64,000 bases of DNA from Azolla caroliniana (lineage: Eukaryota > Plantae > Polypodiophyta). Each line of letters begins with the position of its first letter. Position 1 is the stretch's first letter. Below the pieces are notes generated by a model. The model saw only the letters and a list, made by a program, of their open reading frames with translations. It was not told where the DNA came from and made no database searches. Both the position numbers and the translations under genes were made by a program. The stretch lies in contig JBHGNT010000011.1 of assembly GCA_043228905.1 (NCBI GenBank), positions 15,438,001 to 15,502,000 on the forward strand, read 5' to 3'. Of this stretch, positions 10,384 through 21,850 are shown in pieces.

Positions 10384-11001
10384 TGTTGGGATTACGGTCC
10401 CTCCGGATGGGATGTCCGGAGATGAATGACGGCAAGCCCGGTTGCGGTTACGGAACCGGATGATGAAGAGTACCCGGCATGAAGCCGGATGAAGAGTACC
10501 CGGATACGGATCCGGATGATGAAGACCCCGGCTACGGAGCCGGATGACGAATGTACCCGGAGAGAGATCCGGATGCAGGGACATATTTGTGAATATGTTT
10601 GCTAAGAGCCCTTGAGGCTATATTTGTAAATATCCCGAAAGTCATATATGTATAAATATGACTTAGGGCAAACAGTTTTATGTTGTTGCTTATTTTTCAT
10701 GAGAAGTGAGAGCAGCCGAGAGAGAGAGAGAGAGAGAGACGAAGAGGTCGTTGCCTCTGTGTATTACCGCCGCCTGTGGCGAGGACAGTGAGCTCAAGGT
10801 TGTTGCCTTGTAGCTTCACCATTGTACATCCCTGTTCATAGTGATAGTTGGAGGTTGAGGACTCCCGTGGTTTTTCCCATTTAGGGTTTTCCACGTAAAA
10901 CATCCAGTGTACCTTTCTCTCTATTGTTTTGTGCTTTTTCTATTTCCTGTTTTCTGTGAGTTAATCCCATTCCTCGGTTGTGGCCGAGCACTGGTCCGAC
11001 A
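10384..11001 (+). repeat. 3' LTR (618 bp)
   Basis: Matches the 5' LTR by eye except (GA)11 versus (GA)12. Confidence 0.98.
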
Positions 11002-11474
11002 GAGGTTTGGTTTATGGAGCGATCCATTAAGTGTTGGTGAGAAGGGATAAGGAATCAAGATTCTCATGCGTGGTGAAGAAAGAATGTTTAAGTTGAGAAG
11101 CCCTCTCAAATTCACACCGTCTAAGCAAAAATGGGATAGAATTAGTGTGTGCCTACTACCTTCATGTATGTAGGCAAAACTCCATTTTGCCATTAGGTGG
11201 AATGAGTTAGTAACTAGGCAAGGTGTCTTCAAACATATCAAATTCAAATATGGAAATTGATACAATTATTATGGATACAAATTGGAAAGACCTTGTTTGA
11301 TTCAGGTCTAGATTTCTTTTCTCATCTTACTTTCTAATATTGATTAAAACCTCGTTTTAATAAAAGATTTTGAATTCCCGACCAAAGAGCATACTACTAT
11401 TCTTGGTTAAATATTAGTCTAAATTTGTAATATTGATCCTAAATTCGATTTTGTCCAACTTTGTAAATTATTTG

Positions 11475-13612
11475 AAATTTATGGTGGAATGCAAGAAAAC
11501 TATCCTTCGTGGACAATATTGTGATTGCAAATAATGGCCACTGTATGGCATATTGTTGCATGTTGGATAATCGTGCCCAAGTTGATGAAATTGATAAAAA
11601 CGATTATTAGGATTTTTTATTTTTTATTTTTTATTTTTTTTTTGGGGGGGGGGGCATGGAGGAAAAACAGGCTCGTGCAAAGGTTGCTTGGACCACGCTT
11701 ATAAAAGGAAAAAGTGAAGGCGAACTGGGATTGATAGATCTCGTGGTGCAAATGAAGGCCTTGTTATGCAAATTGGTGGTCAGGAGGTTACAACCACCTG
11801 AGGCACCTTGGAAAATTCTATGGAGACGCAGATGGAAGATGTGGCTGCCAAGACAAGGTGGAAGTTGGCCAAGCAGCCCCTTTTGGGGTTTTGTGCCAAA
11901 AATGCGACCCAAATATTCGGGAAGTATGTAGAGTCTATGTGTTGTTGGCATTATGAAAGCATGGCAAGGAATAAGAAAGGGGATCACAAGTAGGTGGAGA
12001 AAGGATGCATATGCCCGGATGTACATGCCAATTGGGTGGAACCCACTGATTAGAGATGTGGATGGGTTGATGATAGGACAAAAATTAGGCTCCAATGGGC
12101 CGACTTAATGAATGCCCAAGGGAATGCATTAGTGGACTAGAAGAGATTTCTCTCTAATCATGTGGGCACTCAAAAGGCTAGAATATGGAGAATAAGCAAG
12201 GGTAAAGGCATGCTCAAGAGAATTACTGATGTCATTGCATGCAACAGGCATACTTTGGAAGAGGAATATATAATTACCTCTGAAACTGTGTGGACAAGAC
12301 TTATAGATGTTGAGAATTGTTTAACTGTAATTAAGGGAGTGAAAGCATAATCGAATGAGGCATGCCACTACCAAATAGAGTAGGGAATGGCAAGATGTGA
12401 ACAACCAGCCTATCAAAGCGAAAGACCGATTAGGCTGATTGCAAAAAATGGAAAGGATATGATTATTGATCCTAAGCCAAGGGAGACCACACCGATGACA
12501 ATGTGTTGGCCAATACAAGGGCATTCGGATCAGCTACCATGGGACCCAACGTCGTATTTTTGGAGAACTCAAGGACGAATTGAGGGGACAAAGTTGGTTC
12601 AATTTTTCAGGTACAACACGAAAATTGTGAGGCAAATGATTCTAGAACAAGAACATGACAAGATTGTAGCACATAAATTTTGGATACAGGAAGGCATTAG
12701 TGAAAGGAGACTAGATCAATTCTGGAAAATGATTTGGCATGACAGTAATGACCGCAAGATAATGTCAATGTGTATATGGTTTATTGCGCATAGAGCCTTG
12801 TTGGGTAAAAGCCTCAATGTAGACCCTAGATGTACTGCATGTGGACAATTAGAAATCATTTCCCATTTTCTATGGGAATGTTGCGAGGTAGTGACTATAT
12901 GGAGAAGGGCATTACGTTTGCTTTGCCATGCCTCTTGTTCGTTCACCCTCAACTGGGGACATGCTTGCTAGAACTGTCTTGAGGATGATGTGGTGAAATA
13001 CAATAACACATGCAAAGCTATGTACAGAGGGGAGAATGGAATTGTTCGGCTAATCACTGACAATAGGGTACCTATAGTTATTGTGCAGAAGCAAAAATTT
13101 AGAGATCTATGGATGTTGTGTGCACCCATTACCATATGGTGCATATGGACAATAAGGTGTACTATGGTATTTTCAGCAAACAAACGCCCTCCAGCTAAAT
13201 CGATTAAGCTAATATGGCACACACTAATAGCTACGCTGAGAGCTCAATATGAGCGGATTGATGGTACTGCTGATGCTTCAGAATTAATGAGGGTGAGTTT
13301 CAGAAAATGTTGGTGTACTACTCCGGTGGTCAGAGCAAATGGAATGGATATACAATGGCAGTATGTAGTACCCAAATGGTTGTTCGTCCCTCCATTAGTT
13401 GAAAGAAGGGTGTGAACGAGATGTCATGGGGGATATTGAATGAAGGTGATGTCTATGAAAGTTTGGCTAGAGACCTAGCATGTGAATAAGATAAATAAGT
13501 GAGATCACTCAATGAATGATAGGATAGTTTAGGTAAGGCCTACCCGATAAAGGGATCTAAGTTGTGTATATTTGAACTAATGGAATGTATTCTTTTTTGG
13601 TAAAAACAAAAA
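11475..13612 (+). mobile_element. Degraded 5'-truncated L1 LINE (ORF2 C-terminal half with zf-RVT)
   Basis: ARAKVAWTTLIKGKSEGELGLIDL; FWKMIW...IWFIAHRAL...RCTACGQLEIISHFLWEC; IWCIWTIRCTMVF; multiple stops and frameshifts; A-rich end at ~13601-13612. Confidence 0.85.
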
Positions 13613-13849
13613 CTTTCAGGAACCAATACTCTGAAAATATCATATAGAATATTTTCAATTCCTATATGTCTGACAATCCTTGTCCGTTTCTTTACTTTGG
13701 AAATTTCTTTCAATGTCCCAATGTGGCACCATGCACATTCTCGAAATGTCTAATGCCACACATTCCTCTTAAACTTTTGTTTCCTTGAGATGGAGGAGGT
13801 GGTTGAGGCATAGGTGACTTGCTCCTTTCGTGGAAGTAGATTGTTGGAT

Positions 13850-16110
13850 TCAACGAGATGGTTGGTCAAGGATTTTGGTGACGAAGATGGTGGTGGGGGT
13901 TACATAATAGTTTAAGAGGGGATGAGGACAATATGCTCATTTTGTTTTTTTGTATGTACATGCCTTTGATGTTAATCGGCAAGAGGGAGGATGTGGGAAA
14001 AAGAAGCAGTAATTGTTCTATTTTTAATGATTGAAGATTATGTTGGGGGCTGTAGCATATTTTCAGGTTGGTTTTTGGGTAAGGATGATGTTAGCAAGTG
14101 TGGGGGTAAAAATGGATTAATGGTGGCGAACTGGTTTTGTTGTTGCAAGTAGATTGATGCTTGCATATTGATAGTTGAGGATTTTGATGGTAATGGGCGA
14201 TATGATTGACGTGGAAGATATAGCACATTTTTAGTTCTTAGAAGAAGGAATGTTGAGGGTGTCGGGGGCTGAAGTATCTTTTCATTGGGCGCTAAAGCAT
14301 CCTTTCATTAGGGGATGAGAATAGTAGACTCAACCTATTTTTTGTAGGTACAGGACCCGAGCGATGAATGGCAAGATATTTGATGTGGAAAATGAAGATG
14401 ATTTATTGTTGAAAGGATGAGTGAGGATGTTGTTGAGGATTGACGCAAAATTTCATGAGGGGATGAGCACAATTGATTCGTTTTGTTTGTTGTATATACA
14501 TGAATTTGGTGGAAAATGGCGAGATGGTTGATGTGGAAATATTTTGAAGCAGATTTATTTATTTATAGTTCTAGAATGATGAGTGAAGATGGTGACAGTG
14601 GTAGAAGTAAATTTTCATGAGGGTCTTAGGAGAGCTGCTTTGTGTATATAAAGGAAATTGCTGAAAATGGAGAGGTACAAGACTATGGTCTTAATTGATG
14701 GGATGATGGATGTGGAAAATGAAGCAGATGTTTTTATTTGATAAGGATGGTGTGGTGGGGGGGGGGGGGGGGGGGGGTGAAGAATCTTTTCATTAGGCGC
14801 TAAAGCATCCTTTCATTAGGGGATGAAAACAATAGAATCATTCTGGTTTTTGTATGTACAGGACTCAGGCGATGAATGACAAGATGGTTGTAGTGGAAAA
14901 TGAAGCTGATTTATTTTTTAAAGGATGAGTGAGGATGTTGTCGAGAGTTGAAGCAGAACTTCATGAGTGGATGAGGACAACTGATTCGTTTTGTTTGTTG
15001 TCTATACGGGATTTTGATGGAAAATGGCGAGATGGTTGATGTGGAAGTTTTTTAAAGCGAACTTACTTATTTTTCAGTTTCTAGAATGATGAGTGAAGAT
15101 GGTGGCCGAGGCAAAAGCAAGGTTTCATGAGGGTTTGAGGAGAGTGGATTCATTCTGTTTTGTGTATGAAAGGAAATTGCTGAAAATAGAGAGATACAGG
15201 ACTCAGGCAATGAATGACAAGATGGTTGTTGTGGAAAATGAAGCTGATTTATGTTGGGAATATGTCCCTCCAGTGGGAGGAGGAACCGATTGTACAGAAG
15301 TTGCTGACAGTCGATGACTACGAGGAGCCGACTGATCGGACCAAGGAGTGCCGATAGTCGAAGACAAGGAAGATCCGACTGTTCGGAAATAGCCGACAGT
15401 CAAAGAGTCAAAAACAGAGAGTCGATTGTTTAATAGTTTGATTATTATTATTCTAGCAATAATAGTAATGATATGTAGCAGTGGCTACAATTGTAAATAG
15501 CCTATACAATGTATAAGTATAAATATACTTAGGGCAAAACGTTGCATGTGTGCGTTGAACATAAGTAGTGTGAGAGCGTGTGAGACAGAGAGACAGAGAG
15601 TGTGGCGCCATAGTTGTGTACGTAACAACAGACGCCAAGAACCCTGCATGGCTGATGCACTCGAAAGAGTGCTGTAACATACCCTCTGTTGTATATCCAC
15701 TATACATAGTGAAGTTCTGTTCTCCGTGGTTTTATCCCGTTTTAGGGTTTCCATGTAAATCTCTGTGCACTATTGTTTATCTTGTCTCTCTCTCTGGCAT
15801 ACTGGTGTGATTCGTATTTCAGCATAGTTCGTTTATTGTGATTTGATCGAACGATTTCTCAACAATTTATTTTTGAAAGGATGAGTGAGGATGTTGTCGA
15901 GAGTTGAAGCAGAATTTCATGAGTGGATGAGGATAACTGATTCATTTTGTTTGTTGTCTATATAGGAATTTGATAGAAAATGGCGAGATGGTTGAAGTGG
16001 AAATATTTTGAAGCAAATTAATTTTATTTATTTATAGTTTATACAATGATGAGCGAAGATGGTGGTGGAGGCAGAAGCAAATGTTCATGAGGGTCTAAGG
16101 AGATTGGATT
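13850..16110. repeat. Degenerate satellite-like array, ~160-180 bp monomers arranged in ~0.5 kb higher-order units, interrupted by a solo LTR
   Basis: Recurring blocks ttttcatt.ggcgctaaagcatcctttcattaggggatga (~14279, ~14787), ggatgagtgaggatgttg (~14416, ~14922, ~15879) and aaaatggcgagatggttga (~14512, ~15021, ~15977). Confidence 0.85.
15252..15864 (+). mobile_element. Solo LTR (613 bp) of a copia family distantly related to the intact element
   Basis: TGTTGGGAA...TTCTCAACA termini; perfect TSD ATTTA (15247-15251, 15865-15869); shares acttagggcaaa and ccgtggtttt..ccc..tagggtttcca blocks with the other LTRs; removing it restores the satellite monomer. Confidence 0.93.
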
Positions 16111-16299
16111 GTAGTAGAGAATGAGTATTTTCATATGGTAGGTTCATCTGGATACGATGAACTCTTAGATGCAACAACGATCAAGGAATCATAGTGAAAG
16201 AATATATATCAATACAACATGTTGAATACGATGGAATTGGTGCTATGGGCTTTGGCATGGCATGAACATTACTTGGTGATATGGGTGGTGGCATGGCAG

Positions 16300-16800
16300 C
16301 AACATTACTTAGGAAGAAATTCATCGATTGTGGAGTTCATGTTTACAAACCAACTTTGGTAAGATGCAAGAAATTAGGAAGATTCATTGGAATTCTAGTG
16401 CAGAAGCTGTAGAGAAAATAGTAGACTTTGGAAATGGAAGGTGTAACACACTATTTTATGAAAGATGGAAATGGAACTCTCATGATCATGTTAGCCGCCT
16501 TGTTGAAGCAGGAGATGTGTTCCACAAGCTTCTAGCTACATAGGTGGTTTCATGGAATGCAATGATGATAGGGCATATAGGACATGGATGTTGGTTGATA
16601 TGAATTTGATGTGGGGGGGAAAATGAACCATGCCTATAACAGGTAGGGCACCATTGAATGCATTGATTACATGCTATGCAAACAGTGGTAATAGTTTTGT
16701 ACCTTGAAGTTTTGGCAAAAATGTTGGGCGAGAAGGTGGAAATAATCTTAGATTGTATTTTTTTTGTTTTCATAGGTCGTCATGGCTAAAGCCATTGTAA
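16300..16800 (+). pseudogene. Decayed PLS-class PPR gene fragment
   Basis: Around 16495-16590 translates RLVEAGDVFHKLLAT*VVSWNAMMIGHIGHG (consensus G.+.EA..VF......DVVSWNAMI.GY..HG). Boundaries approximate. Confidence 0.7.
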
Positions 16801-18182
16801 TGTTGTTAGCCTATTTAGGTCGTCATGTATGCATAATTTTACTAATGAAGCATATTTTATTTGAAAAAAGAAAACTTTTGTTTCTGCCATTTTCTCTACT
16901 CTTTTTCTTTTTGACCTACTGGTTTCTTCATTTATTTTTTTCTTGTTGGTAGTAAAATATGCTTGCTCAAAGTCGTGGATTAGGACCATTACTTCCGAGC
17001 ATATTTGTTACCCATTACTTCCGAGCATATTTGTTACAAGATATAATGTTTACCCACATCAATATAACAAACCAATGACATCTTCATCTCAAATACATCC
17101 TGTGACAACTGTTGAGAAGCCTTTTTCAACTTTTTTTATTCGTAAAGCCACTTTCGGTCTCTAGTTTTAGTTGAAAAGAGAAGAAGAAGAGGTTGGGGCA
17201 AAAAACAAAAGGAGCTCGTGTGTGTTCGTTTTTTAAAAGGCACACCTAGTCAGCATATAAATAGTCCATGCATGGATAGAATTGTTGTGAAAGAACTTCA
17301 ACAACAACCAACATGGTACCTCGATCTCCGAAATGTCCTTAATGTATTATAGGGCACAACAAATGAATAGGTGGGAAACTCTCCCAAGTTCCAACATCCC
17401 ATGGGAGACTCTCTCTATCTCTCTCTGGGTCAATATTGGCCTCTCTATGGACGCTAAAAAACATCTATCTATCTATCTATCTATCTCTCTAGTATTGTAT
17501 TTTCCTTCCCTTATTGCTTCTTTTCCTTCAACCATCCATAATACTTTCGTGGTTTGCTTTTATGTCTAATCTTTTGTCCTCATCACTTCATGTCCAAATT
17601 CCCTTTCCAAATCTACTTTTCTTGCTCTTTCCATGGTATTACCAAAATTGAGTTAGCTTGGCCAAACATATCACACTTTTCAACTTTTGTTGTGTGCTTC
17701 TACACTTTATCTGTGTTCCAAAAAGAGTTGTAGGGTGATGTCACGAACATAGGATGATAGACCCATAATAGTTGGCCGGACAAGAAGTGAAATACTAGAA
17801 AAGAAACCATAGAGTGATCCAATAAACCAACCAAGATAGGTTTACCTCATTCCGCCATTCACCTCATTTTAAACTAAACCTTAATAAATATGGACCTACG
17901 ATCATTTCTAATTCAATGAAAAAATAAGAATATTTTTACAAAAATACTAATGGGAAAGTAGCTCTCTTTTTTGGGAAAAAAAATAAGAATCTTTTTACTC
18001 CGAAGAAGCGATAAGTAGATACAATTTCATGGACATCAAATAACTTGAGTGATCAAAACATCGAAAATTTATACATCTAGTATTTTGCTCTTGATGTCTA
18101 CCATAAGTATGTTAAACTAGATCACGACAAAATAGTGTTATTGTCATGATTCTAACTCAATCTCCAACTTGTTTTAAGGGAA

Positions 18183-19864
18183 TCAAAGTTTGCAAGTTAT
18201 ACAGTTACATGACACGGGCATAAATGAACAAAACCCAAATGGCCTATTAGGAGAACCACAAGTTATGGTATAACAACAAGCACTAGGTATGCAAAATTTT
18301 CTTCGTCCACCGCAACAAGTACACAAAGCGCAAATTTCAAAAGTGCCCCCAAGGTTTCTTCTCGTGCTATTGAGGAATTGTTTCTCCAACCCTAAATCGG
18401 GAAAGATTTCCCAATCAGTCACATTTTCAAGATGGGCAAGTTGATTCACTTGATGATGTAAGCTCGTACTTGTATTTCCCTAGACAAAAAATGGCAAGAA
18501 ACATTAGCATATAATGGAATCAGCTAATTGTGTGGAAAGACACATCAATTGGCCCCTATACATTTAAACACTCCTAAATTGGCCCTCATTTCAGCTTGTA
18601 TTTCAAGAATATGAAAAGAAAACACTAATTGAGCATACTATAAGGCATGCATCATGCATTCAATGTAGTAAGTTGATTCAAACATGTCGTCGTCGAAGAA
18701 AGATATACGACTATATATGTACATGCATGCACACATATACATGTGTAAAAAAAGCAAGTAACCACACATCCATTAAACATACTAAAGGTATGCACACACT
18801 CAATTTACTCCATACATACATACATTATAAAGTCCCTTTTGGCAAAAGATTATGATGTTCCACATATTGTTAACCAAACTTGTGAATGTAAAAGATCTAA
18901 TTAAGGAAAAGAAGACCTGATATGAATTGATGGAGCAAAAAAGACTGGACTACACATTATACATAAGTGTTTTTGTATCTGTTTGTTGAATTGTATGATC
19001 GAGGATCCTGGGTTTTTGTCATAAGGATTGGTAGTGGAGGGGGTTTTCCCCCACCCAAGCATGGGTCCGAGTATAGGAGTATTGTTGTTTGGTCATGTGT
19101 GCCTATTCAAATGTCCATGTCCAATGTCCAATGTCCATGTATGATCGGGGATCCTGGGTTTTTGTCATAAGGATTGGTAGTGGAGGGGGTTTTCCCCCAC
19201 CCAAGCATGGGTCCGAGTATAGGAGTATTGTTGTTTGGTCATGTGTGCCTATTCAAATGTCCATGTCCAATGTCCAATGTCCATGTAGCTCTTTTCTTTT
19301 CAATGAATTTTGAGTTCATGAAGTATAGGAGGCTTCTACATACTTAATGCCCATAACATAGGCATGTCAAATGGATTCTTTAGGATTGCTGCTTCATGGT
19401 GAAGATTTCTCCCCCCCAAATGTAATATGGTATGACATGAAAACAAATGTGTGTGTGTGTGTGTGTGTCCATCTTTGAGGCATAAAAAAAAACAGTGGAT
19501 TTTGGGTCATTGGTTGAGATACTTGGTGGAATCAATCATGTCCATAACCATTTCTTCGAGACCACTGAGGCATTTGGTCGATCGATCAGTTCTTCGCACC
19601 AAAATGTGGCATCTCTAGGTTTAATCTAAGGAGGAGTGACAGGTAAAATGAAATGGTGTAACAATTACAAAGATTGTGTGCGAAAAAAAGAAAAAAGAAG
19701 TAAAGAGAATCCATAACCATTTGCAATGAACTGAGAGGAAACGCAAAAAAAAAGAAAAAGAAAAAAAGAAACCTGGACATTTGATGTCTGTCTGTCTTCC
19801 ATGGCGGACTGGTTTTCTGTGTACAACATCAAAAAAAGAAAAGATGAACAGACATTAAACGCAT

Positions 19865-19899
<35 letters not shown>

Positions 19900-20014
19900 T
19901 GGATCGTTGTTAAATCTTCTTTAATGGCTTACCTGCTGCAATGACACAATGTGTACAGAATAAGAGACCATCGAGAAGAAGAAGAATATAAACAAAGGTA
20001 TAAAACTGTGACAT
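18183..20014 (-). CDS. Secreted cysteine-rich pro-peptide, predicted 140 aa; resembles an uncharacterised land-plant family (At1g65295/At5g01015-like, from memory)
   Basis: Exons 20014-19933, 19816-19773 and 18479-18183 join in frame with GT-AG introns: MSQFYTFVYILLLLDGLLFCTHCVIAA-ENQSAMEDRQTSNVQ-GNTS...STRRNLGGTFEICALCTCCGGRRKFCIPSACCYTITCGSPNRPFGFCSFMPVSCNCITCKL*. The last exon is secure; the first two are a by-eye model. Confidence 0.75.
18992..19287. repeat. Near-perfect tandem duplication, 2 x 146 bp, intronic
   Basis: tgtatgatcg(a/g)ggatcctggg... begins at 18992 and 19138; one mismatch seen. Confidence 0.95.
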
Positions 20015-20141
20015 GATGAAGAACAAATACTAAAGAATGAGTAGGGGGAAAAGAGAGAGTAGAAATGTAGAATTATGGGGAATGATGAAGAATTACTTTA
20101 GGTGAAGAAAGAGCTAGAAATTGCAGAGAAAGAAGAAGAAG

Positions 20142-20172
<31 letters not shown>

Positions 20173-20735
20173 GGAGGAGGATGAATCCATGGATAATAGT
20201 GGGAGCAATGCTATTTTTTGATCTCTTCTTCTCTTTTTCCTTCTTTACTTAACTTCAATTCCTTCATCCATCTTCACATTCTTCTTTTTTTTCTACTTCT
20301 TCCTTCTTCTTCAATCATGTGAAACATGCAGACAGACAGACAGACAGAAAGGGCACAGGCAGGCATTACTATTAAATATATAGCATTCAATGCCCCTCAA
20401 ATCTCCTCTCTTTTTTCCTCAGTCCCCTCCCTTTTTGTTCTTGCAAAAAAGGCCCCTCAAATCTCTGTCCTTTTCTCTCTCTCTCTCTCTTTGAGATTGA
20501 CTTGTGGGTGAATTATGAGCCTTTTTGTCAATAGGGGGGGAAGGATCTCTTCTAAGTTCTTCTACTTCTTCTTCTTCTTCCTTCTTTCATTCTTTATAAG
20601 CCTCTCTCTCTCTCTCTCTCTCCATCAAATGGATTTATTCTTATCCCAATAAGGTGGCATGCTATATGATCAGGAACTAGAGTAACAATTGCTTTGAGGA
20701 ATGGAGATATCGTGAATTGGTATTCACCAAAACCC

Positions 20736-21850
20736 TCAAGAACTTTGCATGTCAATCACAAATCGATACTTGAACCTCCGATTCACTTAGCCTATCCATG
20801 GCCGTGTTCTAAGTAGTCTCGATGAATAACCTTCGATGGTTGAGCTTATGTTCTTTTAAGCGCAAAATTCCAACATCTCTTGAGTCTCCTCAATCCCACC
20901 GATGGATGAGGCTACCTCCCACGAAACAACGACCAAATATTAGTTACGAGTCCCATGTGCAATGCTCGAAAGGCTTTTCGGGAACATCAACAAAGCACCA
21001 TCTTGCCATTTACACGAATCAATGCCACGAGAGCCTCCATGTCATGAGGGACAACAACTATATCGATGATGTGATCAATCTTCCTCGAAGCTTTATTCAT
21101 CGCATCCTTGTCCATGCTAAGAAGGAAATGATCGGCCCCCAATATCTCGTTGGCCTCCTTTTCTTTCTTTGGAGAGGTACTTATAAGCGTGACCCTCGCA
21201 TCTGAAAGCTTTCGCAAACTTGACCACCATGTGGCCCAACCCTCCTAAGCCAACCACGCCAACATGTTTGCCTTTCTCAATCATCCCAAAGTAGCGCATC
21301 GGACTGTAGACAGTGATTCCCACACAAAGCGACGGGGCCGCAGCATCTAACGATAAACTCTTGGGAATGGGAAGAACAAATTTTTGATCTGTCACCATAA
21401 TGTTGGAATATCCACTGAAAGTGGGACTTTCATTGGGGTACACATTGTTGTAGGTCCATGAGACCTTGGGGCAATATTGTTCAACTTTCTTATCACATGC
21501 ATCACAACTTCCACATGACATGACCATACATCCACTCCAACATGGTCACCCACCTTGAACTTAGCAACTTCAAAGCCAATCATGGTCACAATGCCCACCA
21601 CCTCATGCCTCTGGACCATGGGTATGTCGAATTTTTCCAATCATTTCTTATTTGATGAAGATCTGAGTGGCATGTACCACAATGGGTAACCTTGAAAGCC
21701 ACGTCATTAGGTCCATCAGCTCTCTCTCTCTCTCTAAATATCTTTTCTTCTTAGTAAAGAGTCCAAGGTAAAACTTGTGTGTGTGTGTGTGTGTGTGTGT
21801 GTCCATTCAATACCAAAAAAACCCTCGCGGCCAGTCCACACTACTACCAC
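20736..21850 (-). pseudogene. CAD: Cinnamyl alcohol dehydrogenase (CAD/ELI3-like) pseudogene, apparently intronless
   Basis: GPNDVAFKVTHCGTCHSDLHQ, HEVVGIV, SCGSCDAC...EQYCPK, VGITVYSPM, VGVVGLGGLGHMVVKFAKAF and KYRFVID are spread over several frames; microsatellites interrupt the 5' part. Confidence 0.9.

Larger units (their letters stand above)
5650..11001 (+). mobile_element. Full-length Ty1/copia LTR retrotransposon (Tnt1/Tork-like), very recent insertion
   Basis: TG...CA LTRs at 5650-6269 and 10384-11001; 5-bp TSD GAGGT (5645-5649, 11002-11006); PBS and PPT present; domain order gag-PR-INT-RT-RH. Confidence 0.98.

Noticed and set aside
6345-10584. Many antisense and alternate-frame ORFs over gag-pol
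   Set aside because: Expected shadow ORFs of GC-rich coding DNA; no recognisable domains.
16986-17037. Perfect 26-bp tandem duplication
   Set aside because: Real but an ordinary slippage product with no functional context.
19520-19635. Exon-like segment in intron 2 of the peptide gene
   Set aside because: One candidate acceptor gives an in-frame stop and the other gives a phase mismatch with the last exon; it cannot be supported without RNA data.
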